Shown: positions 41,500 to 52,481 of the stretch, piece after piece | Position numbering within the stretch: the stretch's first letter is position 1 | Layout of the letters: the number at the start of each line of letters is the position of its first letter | Assembly (NCBI GenBank): GCA_047602405.1 | Contig: JASGHJ010000001.1 | Coordinates: forward strand, 1,056,001-1,120,000 | Direction: 5' to 3' | DNA length: 64,000 bases | Origin: Anaeromyxobacteraceae bacterium | GTDB taxonomy: Bacteria > Myxococcota > Myxococcia > Myxococcales > Anaeromyxobacteraceae | The notes under the pieces: generated by a model | The model's input: the letters and a program-made list of their open reading frames with translations, nothing else | Database searches by the model: none | Told to the model about the DNA's origin: nothing | Made by a program: the position numbers and the translations under genes

Positions 41500-41997
41500 A
41501 TGGCCAACGCCCTGCCCTCGCTCGAAGACCAGATCCGCCGGATGACGCCCGTCGCCGCGCCGCCCGAGCAGCGCGCCCAGGTCGTCGAGCTCTCGAAGGC
41601 GCTCGACGTGATGGCTCAGGCTCGGACGCGCAGCGCACCCGCGTGCAAGCTCGTCGGTCCGGGCGGCAAGGCCATCCCTTTGCCCGAGTCGGTGTTCTAC
41701 GTGCTCGAGCGCGTCGCCGAGGTCCTGGCGCGCGGCGACTCCATCACGGTCGTGCCGGTCGGGCGCGAGGTGACGACCCAGCAGGCGGCCGACCTCCTCA
41801 ACGTCTCGCGGCAGTACCTCGTCAGGCTTCTCGAGGGCGAACGCATCCCCTACCGGAAGACCGGGAAGCACAGGCGCCTGAAGATCGAGGACGTCCTGGC
41901 ATTCAGGGCGAGGCGAGACCAGGAGCGCCGGGAAGGCCTGCGCCAGCTCTCGCGGACGACGCAGGAGTTCGGTGGATACGACTCCGAGTTGAAGTAG
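41500..41997 (+). CDS. Excisionase-like HTH_17 DNA-binding protein (putative antitoxin)
   Basis: TTQQAADLLNVSRQYLVRLLEGERIPYRKTGKHRRL. Confidence 0.88.
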   Translation: MANALPSLEDQIRRMTPVAAPPEQRAQVVELSKALDVMAQARTRSAPACKLVGPGGKAIPLPESVFYVLERVAEVLARGDSITVVPVGREVTTQQAADLLNVSRQYLVRLLEGERIPYRKTGKHRRLKIEDVLAFRARRDQERREGLRQLSRTTQEFGGYDSELK

Positions 41998-42015
41998 TCT
42001 CGGGCGCGAGGCCTC

Positions 42016-42582
42016 ATGGTCCCCGCGCCCTTCGTCGTCATCGTCGACGCGAACCTGCTCTACCCATTCACCCTGCGGGACACGATCCTGCGCGCGGCCG
42101 CGCGCGGCTTCTTCCAGCTCCGCTGGAGCCGCGAGATCCTCGACGAGATGGAGCGCAACCTCGTCGAGCACGCGGTCATGCCGGCGGACAGGGCCGCAAG
42201 GCTGCGGGCGATCATGGAGGCGAACTTCCCGGAGGCCGACGTGTCCGGGTACGAGCTGCTGACCCCCGTCATGCCGAACCACGAGAAGGACCGTCACGTG
42301 GCTGCGGCGGCCGTGAAGGGCGGCGCCCAGGTGATCGCCACGGCCAACCTGCGGCACTTCGAGCTGCTGCCGGACGGGGTCGAGGCTCAAGCGCCGGATG
42401 CGTTCCTGTGCAACCTCTTCGACCTCGACCCGAACGGCTTCGTCGAGCTGCTGGCCGAGCAGGCCGAGGACCTGAAGAATCCGCCGATGACGTTCGAGCA
42501 GCTGCTGGGGCGGCTCGCTCGTGACGTGCCCGAGCTCGTGGCCGGCGTTCTCAGGAGGATCGGACGAGGCGGTGTTCGCTAG
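42016..42582 (+). CDS. PIN-domain protein (VapC-like toxin)
   Basis: VDANLL, WSREILDE, DRHVAAAA, TANLRHF. Confidence 0.88.
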   Translation: MVPAPFVVIVDANLLYPFTLRDTILRAAARGFFQLRWSREILDEMERNLVEHAVMPADRAARLRAIMEANFPEADVSGYELLTPVMPNHEKDRHVAAAAVKGGAQVIATANLRHFELLPDGVEAQAPDAFLCNLFDLDPNGFVELLAEQAEDLKNPPMTFEQLLGRLARDVPELVAGVLRRIGRGGVR

Positions 42583-42628
42583 ACGGCCAAAGGTGCGCGG
42601 CGCGCATGGCGAAGCGCCAGGTGAGACG

Positions 42629-42931
42629 ATGAAGCCAGTACTCGTACTCGATGGCAGTGCGTTCGACGACCTGCAGGGATTCGCCCGCGAGGTGAGCACC
42701 AGTCTCCTCGGAGGGCACCACCCGTTTCACGGCAAGCTCGACGCGTTCAACGACATCCTGCGCGGTGGATTCGGAACGCCAGAGGGTGGGTTCGTTCTGC
42801 GATGGAAGGACTCGGCGAGGTCACGTGCCGCGCTCGGTCCAGGACTCTTCGACACACTCGTTGAGATCATCCGAGATCATGGTCCAGGAGGCGCAGAGGC
42901 GGAGGATGGAGTGCTCCTCGAGCTGGCGTGA
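42629..42931 (+). CDS. Barstar-family protein
   Basis: LDGSAFDDLQGF...GKLDAFNDILRGGFG...LRWKDS. Confidence 0.8.
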   Translation: MKPVLVLDGSAFDDLQGFAREVSTSLLGGHHPFHGKLDAFNDILRGGFGTPEGGFVLRWKDSARSRAALGPGLFDTLVEIIRDHGPGGAEAEDGVLLELA

Positions 42932-43005
42932 TTGCGCCGTCGGCCTTCACCTCAGCGCACGCCATCCGTTCGTCGAGCGCCTGCAAGCCTTCAGACGGGT
43001 GAGCC

Positions 43006-43413
43006 TCACTCGCCGAGCGACCAGATGCCCGTGCACTTCCCGGCGCTCGTGCAGGACGCGGCATGCAACTCGGGTGGCGGACAGAAGCAGGCGAGGCGCG
43101 TGCACCCCGCGCCGTCGTAGCGCGCGAGGAGGGCATCCAACCTCGCCGTCCGCTCGGGGTTGACCGCCCCCAGGCACTGGCAGAGCCCCTCCAGCGTGAC
43201 CTTGCCGCCCGCATCTTGCTTCGAGACGATGAGCGGACGTCCCGCGTCGCACGAGCCGACCTCCGTGGGGTCACAGACCATCGCATCCGGCATGGCGGCC
43301 TGGTACTCGCGAGCGAGGTCCAGGCACGAGGCGCCGTCACCGCATCCCGCGAGGACGAGCACGGGCAGGACGCACCCCAGCAAGCGCCTTCGCGCGCCGT
43401 CGCTGACGTTCAT
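43006..43413 (-). CDS. Cys-rich lipoprotein
   Basis: LAGC lipobox; many Cys residues; RBS GGAGGGAG. Confidence 0.65.
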   Translation of the reverse strand: MNVSDGARRRLLGCVLPVLVLAGCGDGASCLDLAREYQAAMPDAMVCDPTEVGSCDAGRPLIVSKQDAGGKVTLEGLCQCLGAVNPERTARLDALLARYDGAGCTRLACFCPPPELHAASCTSAGKCTGIWSLGE

Positions 43414-43547
43414 GTCTCCCTCCTCCGCTCCGGAGTATGGAACGGCACGCCCCCTGGGAGTGCAACGCGGCGTCCTCCGGGCCCACGGCAAGTTGTCGCC
43501 CTCCCGGTGCTCACGCGGGCCAGGTCATCGTGGACGGTGCCGTGACC

Positions 43548-46082
43548 TCACCCCCCGCGCCACCACGTCCACTTCACCATGAACGAGTCGACCTTCGGCC
43601 CCCGGAAGAGCTCCGGCGTGCCAATCCCGTCCGGCGGCGCGCGGTCGCCCGGCGGCGGGAGCTCGCTCTGCGAGCGCGTGTACACGACGTAGATCGTCGA
43701 GCCGAGCCGGTACTCCCAGCGCAGGACCGCGTTCACGTTCACGACCGCGTCGTGCGCGCTCGGGTCCTTGTCGTAGGTGATCGGGACGAGATCGGAGTGG
43801 GAGAGGTCGCGCCGGCCCACGATCGAGGCGCCGTAGAAGGTCGAGCCCCAGCGGATCGCCTGGCTGAAGAACTGCACGTAGAGCTGGGCGGTGAGGCGCG
43901 GCGTGAAGACGAGCTGTTGACGGAGCGTGAGCGAGAGGAACTCCGGATCCTGCACGCCGAAGACGGCGGTGCCGTCGCCGAGCGTCTCGATCCAGCGCGG
44001 GCCCTGGGGCTTCAGCCCGTAGGCGCCCTCGAGCCGCGTCTCGAGCCTCGGGTGCGGCCGCCAGCTCGCCGCGAGGTCCCAGCCCCAGCCGGTCTTCGCC
44101 GTGAACGGGCCCGCTCCGATGGTGCGGATCAGGAACACGTCCCCGTTCGCCTGCAGCGCCTGGTGCGGGTCGGACGCGAGCACGAGGGCGACCCAGCCGT
44201 CGCTCGTGCGCTCGAAGGGCACGCCGGCCCGGACAATCTCCCTCGCGTCGTACTGGAGGACCTCCAGCGCGACGCGGACGCCGATCTTCTGGTACCCGGG
44301 GAGCTGCAGCGACGAGTAGACGTTCGTGTTGACGCCCCGGGGGAGCCGGCCGTCCGCGGTCCAGTTGAGGTCGAGGTTGTAGTCGACCTGGAACGCGTGG
44401 AACGGGCCGATGCCGTTCGGACGGACGTAGTGGAGGTTCAGGTCCGCCCACTGGTAGTCGGCGAACGGCTGGAAGCCGATGCGGTTGAGGTCGAGCTTCG
44501 GCGGCTGGTAGACGTACTGAACGTCGAAGCGCCACGGCTCGCCCCGGAGCTTCCCCCAGCGCATGTGGCCGCCGAGGCCGAGGTCGCCCGAGTGCAGCAC
44601 GGTGCCGTCGCGCAGCGTGCGGCCCGCGGAGCCCCCGCCGACCGCCTGGGACAGCGAGAGCTGGCCGAAGCCGCCCCACTCGCCCGCGTCGTTCAGGTCG
44701 AGGGCGAGCGCGTTCGCGCCGGTGACGCCGCAGCCGGCGCCCTCGTAGCAGCGCTGCTCGAGCGGCGTCGCCGCCGCGACCGTGACCCCGGCGCTGAGAT
44801 CGCCCGCGAGCTTCTTCCGCGCGACGGCCGCGAAGTAGTTCGTGGTGACGGGGCGCTCCGCCGGGAACGCATCTTCCGGCCCGAAGCGGAACGGCTGGCG
44901 CGCGTGGAGGCGCCAGCGCCGGTCGGGATCATCCTCGGGCGAGTCGCTCGCCGCCCCCATGACGACGCTGTCGAGCACCCCCACCTCGAGCCCGGGCCCG
45001 GCGTTCCCGGTGAGCTTCGCCGCCGCGAGGATCGGCGCGTCGAGGCCCACGCGGCGCGAGTAGAAGAGCTGCTGCTGGGTCCCGTACTCGAAGCCGACGG
45101 GCTGGAAGATGTCGAGCCCCTCGAGGAAGAACGGCCGCTTCTCCGGGAAGAACTGCTCGAAGGTGGAGAGGTTCTGGATCACCTCGTCGGTCTCGACCTG
45201 CCCGAAGTCCGGGTTCACGGCGCCGGTGAGCGTGAGCCGGCGCGTGAGCGGGAGCTTGAGGTCGAGGCCGACGTCGAGGATGGGGTCCACGAGCCGCGGG
45301 TTCGGCCGGGCGGGATCCGAGTACTGCGGCCGCAGGATCCCGCGCGCCGCCACGTACGGCAACAGCTCGAGCGGGCGCGGCGGATCCACGCCGGCGAGCC
45401 CCTCGAGGCGGCCGAGCCGCGAGACCACGAGCTCGCCGGGCTTGCGCGGGTTGGCCTCCTGGGGGACGAGCGTCGAGCCGAACACCTGGTGCGTCCTCGG
45501 CACGTGCCGGCGCACGACGAAACCCCACGCCTGCCCCGCGTCCTCGCCGAGGCGGAGGGAGCGGAACGGGATGGCGAGCTCGGCGCCCCAGCCCTGCTCG
45601 CCGACGTGGACGGCGGCGTCCCAGACCGCGTCCCAGCTGTCGGTGGTGTTCACGTCGCCGAAGAGGAGCGCGTCGCGCAGCACGCCCGCCGCGTTCACGA
45701 CGAAGACGTAGGCGGTGCGGCCGCCGGCGCCCGGGTCGATCGCCACCTCGACGCGGTCGGAGGTGGTGTCGGTGTCCCGCCGGGCGAGCTGACGGATGAT
45801 CCGGTCCGGCGCCGGGTCCGAGCAGGTGACCGCGACGTAGAGCGTGGTGTCGTCGAAGACGACCCGGAGCTCGGTCGGCAGGCTCGCGGGCGCTCCCGCC
45901 TGCGGGAAGCTCTCGACGAACCGGGAGAAGACCGGCGCCTCGGCCCAGTCGGGTTCATCGAGCCGCCCGTCGAGGTGGATCTCGCCGGTGGCCCGGCGCG
46001 CGACGACGGGGTCGGGCTCGGCGGCAGAAGCGGCGCCGGAGAGCAAGCAGGCGAGAGCCGCGAGACTCCAGCGCTTCAGCAC
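43548..46082 (-). CDS. CBM9-like plus DUF5916 outer-membrane protein
   Basis: Signal peptide, LDGRLDEPDW, NPDFGQVE, FFPEKRPFFLEG, FYSRRVG, LRWEYRLGS. Confidence 0.85.
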   Translation of the reverse strand: MLKRWSLAALACLLSGAASAAEPDPVVARRATGEIHLDGRLDEPDWAEAPVFSRFVESFPQAGAPASLPTELRVVFDDTTLYVAVTCSDPAPDRIIRQLARRDTDTTSDRVEVAIDPGAGGRTAYVFVVNAAGVLRDALLFGDVNTTDSWDAVWDAAVHVGEQGWGAELAIPFRSLRLGEDAGQAWGFVVRRHVPRTHQVFGSTLVPQEANPRKPGELVVSRLGRLEGLAGVDPPRPLELLPYVAARGILRPQYSDPARPNPRLVDPILDVGLDLKLPLTRRLTLTGAVNPDFGQVETDEVIQNLSTFEQFFPEKRPFFLEGLDIFQPVGFEYGTQQQLFYSRRVGLDAPILAAAKLTGNAGPGLEVGVLDSVVMGAASDSPEDDPDRRWRLHARQPFRFGPEDAFPAERPVTTNYFAAVARKKLAGDLSAGVTVAAATPLEQRCYEGAGCGVTGANALALDLNDAGEWGGFGQLSLSQAVGGGSAGRTLRDGTVLHSGDLGLGGHMRWGKLRGEPWRFDVQYVYQPPKLDLNRIGFQPFADYQWADLNLHYVRPNGIGPFHAFQVDYNLDLNWTADGRLPRGVNTNVYSSLQLPGYQKIGVRVALEVLQYDAREIVRAGVPFERTSDGWVALVLASDPHQALQANGDVFLIRTIGAGPFTAKTGWGWDLAASWRPHPRLETRLEGAYGLKPQGPRWIETLGDGTAVFGVQDPEFLSLTLRQQLVFTPRLTAQLYVQFFSQAIRWGSTFYGASIVGRRDLSHSDLVPITYDKDPSAHDAVVNVNAVLRWEYRLGSTIYVVYTRSQSELPPPGDRAPPDGIGTPELFRGPKVDSFMVKWTWWRGG

Positions 46083-46172
46083 ATGACCTCGGCAGGTTGA
46101 ATCACGAGTGAAAGAGGTCCTACGCGCCCAGGCGTGACGCGACATCTTGGGCGCAGTCCCGCCCGCGTTCGC

Positions 46173-47017
46173 TCAGTCGACCCAGCGCACGCCGTCCACC
46201 CAGGCCAGCCCGTCGCGCTCCACCGCCTCAGCGTTCCGCACGACCTTGCACCAGGCCGAAAGCCGCACCGTGTCGTGGTCCACGTGCCGGACGCGCCCGC
46301 GGACGAGCACGAAGGCCGGCGCGGCGGAGCGCCCGGGCACGTCGGCCTCCGGCGGCACGGCCGGCGTCGCGGGCACCTCCACGCGCTCGTCCGCGACGTG
46401 CGGGTTGCGGCCCGGCCCGACCGGGACGCCCCGCTGCACGACGGTGCGCTTGGCGCGGAGCGCCTCCTCCAGCGCGGCGAGCTCGGCGGAGGTCGCCGGC
46501 GGGAAGAACCACTCGCCCTGCCGCGGCACCGCGCCCGCGCGGGCGACCTCCGGTGCCCTCAAGGCCGCGTGGGCCGCGCGGTGGTGACCGCCCGCGGCAG
46601 CCGGCAGATGAACAGCTGGCGCTCGTCCCGGCCGCAGAGGAAGTGGCGCTTGCGGGCCGGCGCGCGGCGCTCGACCCAGACCCGCGAGCGGTCCTCCCGC
46701 ACGATGGCGGCGCCTCGGAGGTCGAGGGTCCCGTTCTTCCAGAACATCTGGTGGAACGAGCGGGGCGGCTCGTGGACGAGGAGGACGAGCTGGTGGAGCG
46801 CGGGGTCCACGCCCTCCACCTCCACGCGGTTGTTTGCGGCGCCCGGCCAGATGCGGAAGTACTCGTCCCTCCCCTTGCCGACGATGGTCAGCTGGAAGAT
46901 GTCGGCGGAGTCCACCGTCCCGGGGAACTGCGCGGCGGTCGCGCGGCCCCGGTCGATCACCTCGGCGCGGAGGTTCGCGGCCGCGAACCGGCGCACCAGC
47001 AACTCGGAGTTGCCCAT
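46173..47017 (-). CDS. Uncharacterised RQGEWFF/HxxH-motif protein, split by an apparent frameshift at about 46575
   Basis: 5' frame ...FLCGRDERQLFICRLP joins 3' frame AAHAALR...RQGEWFF...PHVADE...VRGRVRHVDH...VVRNAE; both halves show coding bias. Confidence 0.65.
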
Positions 47018-47327
47018 GTCGCTCTCCATGCAGGCCGGCAAAGGCCTGCGGTCGGTTGTCTTCGTGCTGTTCGGACGACCAACGATGGGGCGACCACGGG
47101 AACCTCCTTTCCTGCGACGTGACTGAGGGTGTACGCCTCCGGCGCGCGCGCGTCAACGGGTGGGGCGCCGCCGAGGGCGTGTCCGGGGTGGGTGGAGAAT
47201 GAAGCGGCGGCGCCGGTGCGAAGCGGGTGTTATCCCACCGTATCCTATTCGAGACGGCCGTATAAGGCGTCAGACCCGCCCGTCCAGGGCTCCCCAGCCT
47301 ATTCGCCCACTTGCAGGCGCCCCGACG

Positions 47328-47346
47328 CTGGCACGCCCGCTGCTCT
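47328..47346 (+). promoter_or_regulatory. sigma54 -24/-12 promoter of the Ro60/Y RNA operon
   Basis: CTGGCACGCCCGCTGCTCT (GG-N10-GC), identical to 52580-52598. Confidence 0.88.
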
Positions 47347-47420
47347 ACCGGTCCAAGTCGCACGCACCCCGCCGCCCGGCCGGAGTCGAGGCCGGGCGGC
47401 GGTGGGGCAGGGAGATCGCC

Positions 47421-48971
47421 GTGGCCAACAGGAACCTGTTCCGCTCCATCTTCGGAAAGCTCATCCCTTCCGCCGACGCGGTGAACGAGGCCGGCGGCCG
47501 CGCCTACGCGCTCGCCCCGAAGGCCGCGCTCGCGCAGTGCGCCGCGACGGGCTGCCTGAACGGCGTCTACTACGCGACGGCCGAGACCCAGCTCGACCAG
47601 GTCCTCACCCTGGCGGCCGGCGTGGAGCCGGCGTTCGTCGCGCGCACGGCGGTCTACTCGCGCGAGCGCGCCTTCATGAAGGACATGCCGGCGCTCCTCC
47701 TCGCGCACCTCAGCGTCCGCGAGCCGGACCTGTTCGAGCGGGTGTTCCCGCGGGTCGTGACCGATGGGCGCATGCTCCGCACCTTCGTGCAGATCCTCCG
47801 CTCGGGCGCCGTCGGCCGGAAGTCGCTCGGCTCGCGCCCGAAGCGGCTCGTGCGGGAGTGGCTGGCCTCGCGCGACGGGGACCAGGTGTTCCGCGCCTCG
47901 GTGGGCCAGTCGCCGTCCATCGCGGACATCGTGAAGATGGTCCACCCGCGCCCCGAGGGCGACGAGCGCCGCGCCCTCTACGGCTACCTGCTCGGCCGCG
48001 CGCACGACGCCGCGGCCCTGCCGCCGACGGTCCGCGCGTACGAGGCCTTCAAGGCGGGCGCCTCGACGATCGTGCCGGACGTCCCGCACCTCATGCTCAC
48101 GGCGCTGCCGCTAGGGCACCGGGAGTGGAGGGAGATCGCCCTGCACGCGAGCTGGCAGACGGTCCGCATGAACCTCGCCACCTTCGCTCGGCACGGCGTC
48201 TTCGAGGAGCCGGGCCTCGCCGAGGTGATCGCGGCGAAGCTGCGCGATCGCGAGGCGATCCGTCGCGCGCGGGTCTTCCCGTACCAGCTGCTTGCCGCCC
48301 GGATGATGGCGGACGGCCTGCCGCTGTGCGTGAAGGATGCCCTCGCGGAGGCGCTCGAGCATGCGACCGAGAACGTGCCGGCGGTCCAGGGCAAGATCTA
48401 CGTTTGCCCGGACACCTCCGGGTCGATGGGCTCGCCCGTGACCGGTCACCGCACCGGCGCGACCTCGAGCGTGCGGTGCATCGACGTGGCGGCGCTCGTG
48501 ACGGCGGCGCTCCTCCGGAAGAACCCGGAGGCCGAGGTGCTGCCGTTCGCCGAGGGCGTGAAGCGGGCGCGGCTCGACCCGCGGGACACCATCGCCACGA
48601 ACGCCGCCGCGCTGGCGGGGCTCGGGGGCGGTGGGACGAACTGCAGCGCGCCGCTCGCGGAACTGAACCGCCGCGGCGCGAGGGGTGACCTCGTGGTGTA
48701 CGTGTCGGACAACCAGTCGTGGATCGACGTCCACGCAGGGAGGGGCACCGCGACGATGGAGGAGTGGAACCGCTTCCAGCGGCGCAACCCGCACGCGAAG
48801 CTCGTGAACATCGACATCCAGCCGTACGTGACCAGCCAGACCGCGCCGCGCGCCGACATCCTCAACGTCGGCGGCTTCTCGGACCAGGTGTTCGAGGTCG
48901 TCTCGGAGTTCCAGCGCGGAGGCCACGACGGCGCGTACTGGATCCGGACGATCGAGGAGGTGACCGTCTAG
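47421..48971 (+). CDS. rsr: Ro60/Rsr ortholog (TROVE plus vWA domains)
   Basis: NEAGG.AY, RMNLATFARHGVF, FPYQLL, MIDAS motif DTSGS, GGGTN, VSDNQSW, VGGFSDQVF. Confidence 0.92.
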   Translation: MANRNLFRSIFGKLIPSADAVNEAGGRAYALAPKAALAQCAATGCLNGVYYATAETQLDQVLTLAAGVEPAFVARTAVYSRERAFMKDMPALLLAHLSVREPDLFERVFPRVVTDGRMLRTFVQILRSGAVGRKSLGSRPKRLVREWLASRDGDQVFRASVGQSPSIADIVKMVHPRPEGDERRALYGYLLGRAHDAAALPPTVRAYEAFKAGASTIVPDVPHLMLTALPLGHREWREIALHASWQTVRMNLATFARHGVFEEPGLAEVIAAKLRDREAIRRARVFPYQLLAARMMADGLPLCVKDALAEALEHATENVPAVQGKIYVCPDTSGSMGSPVTGHRTGATSSVRCIDVAALVTAALLRKNPEAEVLPFAEGVKRARLDPRDTIATNAAALAGLGGGGTNCSAPLAELNRRGARGDLVVYVSDNQSWIDVHAGRGTATMEEWNRFQRRNPHAKLVNIDIQPYVTSQTAPRADILNVGGFSDQVFEVVSEFQRGGHDGAYWIRTIEEVTV

Positions 48972-48975
48972 GAGT

Positions 48976-49056
48976 GGGAGGGAGCCGAATGCTGGCCGGG
49001 AGTACATCGCTTGGGACGATATTCGCTCTCTGTGACGTCCTCGTCGGCTCCCTCCC
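48976..49056 (+). ncRNA. Y RNA-like 1 (short, no tRNA-like domain)
   Basis: Terminal stem GGGAGGGAGCCGA/TCGGCTCCCTCCC; GCCGAATG and CTCG Ro-binding-type motifs; immediately 3' of rsr. Confidence 0.75.
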
Positions 49057-49065
49057 TGCAGTACG

Positions 49066-49220
49066 TCGTTCGATGGACGAAGCGCCGGATGCCGCCGGGA
49101 CTACACTCCAACGTGCCAGGTCGCGGGTTCGAGTCCCGCTCCGGGGTGTCCCCTCGGGTAGCTCAGCTGGTAGAGCAGGACGTCTCGGCAACACTCGCCG
49201 GCGCTTCCTCGATCGAACGA
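49066..49220 (+). ncRNA. yrlA: Y RNA, YrlA-type tRNA mimic
   Basis: Stem GAAGCGCCGG/CCGGCGCTTC; T-arm GCGGG-TTCGAGT-CCCGC precedes D-arm TAGCTCAGCTGGTAGAGCA (permuted tRNA order). Confidence 0.88.
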
Positions 49221-49224
49221 TCAT

Positions 49225-49375
49225 CGACGGCCGCACGGACGGGCGGCGAATGCTGCGGGGACTACATGGTCCTTCGCCGGGGTTCGAGCCCCCGGGCAGG
49301 CGCAGCAAGCCTGCGGGCGGGGTCACACCCGCTACGTCTCCGCGCCCTCGTCGCCGCCCGTCCGTGCGGCCGTCG
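49225..49375 (+). ncRNA. Y RNA-like 3 (T-arm retained, D-arm replaced)
   Basis: Perfect 25-bp terminal stem; GGCGAATG, GGGACTACA and CTCG motifs; T-loop TTCGAGC; two further hairpins. Confidence 0.78.
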
Positions 49376-49380
49376 GCTCA

Positions 49381-50876
49381 GGGACCGTGAAGGAATGGCC
49401 CGGCGGTAGCGGAGGCGGCTCCCGGGCTGGCCGTCGCGGGCGGTGGGCGGGGTGAGAGGCCGACGACGGCCCTCACGCCTGTGGGCGGGATTCGTCGAGG
49501 ACGATCGATCGGCTTCGCCCGATGTCAGGTCGCCGCGCTCGCGGCGACGACCCGCAGGAGGTTGAAGGTCAGGGCGGCGAGCAGCACAACCGTCTTCACT
49601 TTCACGATGCCGCGGACCTTGAGGCGATCGAGCCCTCGGTGTCCTCGAAGATCGGCGTTGGTCCGTTCGGCGAGCACGCCACGCTGGACGTAGATGCGCT
49701 TCGCATCCTCGGTTCCCATCCGGACGCGCCAGGCGGCTACGTTCGGTGTGTCGCCGCGCTTGGGGGCGTACCGGTCTACGGTGTCGTTCTTCGGCTTGGG
49801 GGTCGGCGCGTAGATCGTGGCGCCGCGGTGCGAGACGACCTCGATGTTCTCGAGGCTCGTGAAGCCGCCATCCACCAGGTACTCGTCCGGCACCTTGCCT
49901 GTGCGCCGCTCGATCTCATCGAGCATCGGCACGACGTGGGGTTGGTCCGTCCCGTGGTTCGTCACGTCGACGCCCACGATGATCCCGCTCTCGTCGGTTG
50001 CGAGCTGGACGTTGTATGCGGGCCGGAAGCCACCGTCCGCCATCTTCATCACCCTGCTCTCGGCGTCCGTCGTGCTGACGCGGATCTCCTTGCGCCGCTT
50101 GGCCTCGGAAGGCTTCCTCGCGTCGCGCTCCGCACGATCCCGCTCGATGATCGGCAGTTCCTTCAAGGCCGCCTCGATCGCGGCCTGGCGAGCCGTCGCC
50201 GCGCGCTCCTTCGCGGCCGAGACCCGCTTCGACGACGCGGACGGGTCCGACTCGATCTCTCGGCGCAGCTTACGAACCTGTTGCTCCGCCTCGTCGCGGC
50301 AGCGCTCCAGGGACTGCCGCCGCCGAAAACTCGCTGCACCAGCGCTCGCTCGGACCTTCATCCCGTCCTGCGCGACACGCCGCAACTTCACCACGCCTTC
50401 CTTCATGAGGACGGCGAGCACCTGGGTCAAAAGGCCATCGAGCTTCTTCCCGTGGTCCACGCGGAAGTCCGCGAGCGTGTGGTAGTTCACCGGGACTCCG
50501 CCGCAGATCCACCGATACGGAGCATCCCGGACGCAGAGCTGCTCCAGCAGCCGCGCGCTACCGACACCCTCCGAGTTCGCGAACAGCCACAAGGCGAGCA
50601 TCACGGCGGGATCCGTGGCGGGGCGCCCAGCGATGCTGCCTCGCGCGCGGATCTCGTCGTAGAACGCCGACAGGTCGAGGCGCTCGACCATGGCCCAGAT
50701 CCCACGCACCGGGTGGTCGTCGGGCACCATCGCCTCGAGGTCCGTCGGCTGCAACGCCAGCTGATTCCGGACCGGCCTCAGCACTCGCGGCGCGTCGTCG
50801 TCGCTCACGCCACCAGAAGATCACGGCCAGGGGGCCCCAGTCCATGGGACACCCCGGCCGATTCCTTCACGCTCTC
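49381..50876 (-). mobile_element. IS1182-family insertion sequence
   Basis: IRs GGGACCGTGAAGGAAT and ATTCCTTCACGCTCTC (14/16); CTCAG at both junctions (TSD TCA, 3-5 bp). Confidence 0.88.
49525..50808 (-). CDS. IS1182-family DDE transposase
   Basis: DHPVR, GRPATDP, SARLLE, AQDGMKVRA, TTDAESRVMK, YNVQ, VDGGF, AERTNA, FNLLR. Confidence 0.92.
   Translation of the reverse strand: MSDDDAPRVLRPVRNQLALQPTDLEAMVPDDHPVRGIWAMVERLDLSAFYDEIRARGSIAGRPATDPAVMLALWLFANSEGVGSARLLEQLCVRDAPYRWICGGVPVNYHTLADFRVDHGKKLDGLLTQVLAVLMKEGVVKLRRVAQDGMKVRASAGAASFRRRQSLERCRDEAEQQVRKLRREIESDPSASSKRVSAAKERAATARQAAIEAALKELPIIERDRAERDARKPSEAKRRKEIRVSTTDAESRVMKMADGGFRPAYNVQLATDESGIIVGVDVTNHGTDQPHVVPMLDEIERRTGKVPDEYLVDGGFTSLENIEVVSHRGATIYAPTPKPKNDTVDRYAPKRGDTPNVAAWRVRMGTEDAKRIYVQRGVLAERTNADLRGHRGLDRLKVRGIVKVKTVVLLAALTFNLLRVVAASAAT

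Positions 50877-52481
<1,605 letters not shown>

Noticed and set aside
40868..46100. Prophage or ICE integrated at tRNA-Phe
   Set aside because: No integrase, structural or conjugation genes, and no att duplication seen
49120..49180. Apparent tRNA gene or pseudo-tRNA
   Set aside because: The T-arm precedes the D-arm and there is no anticodon arm; this is the YrlA tRNA-like domain
48976..49375. Possible CRISPR or attC array
   Set aside because: Units share only short motifs, differ in length and match Y RNA architecture next to Ro60; no cas gene or integron integrase
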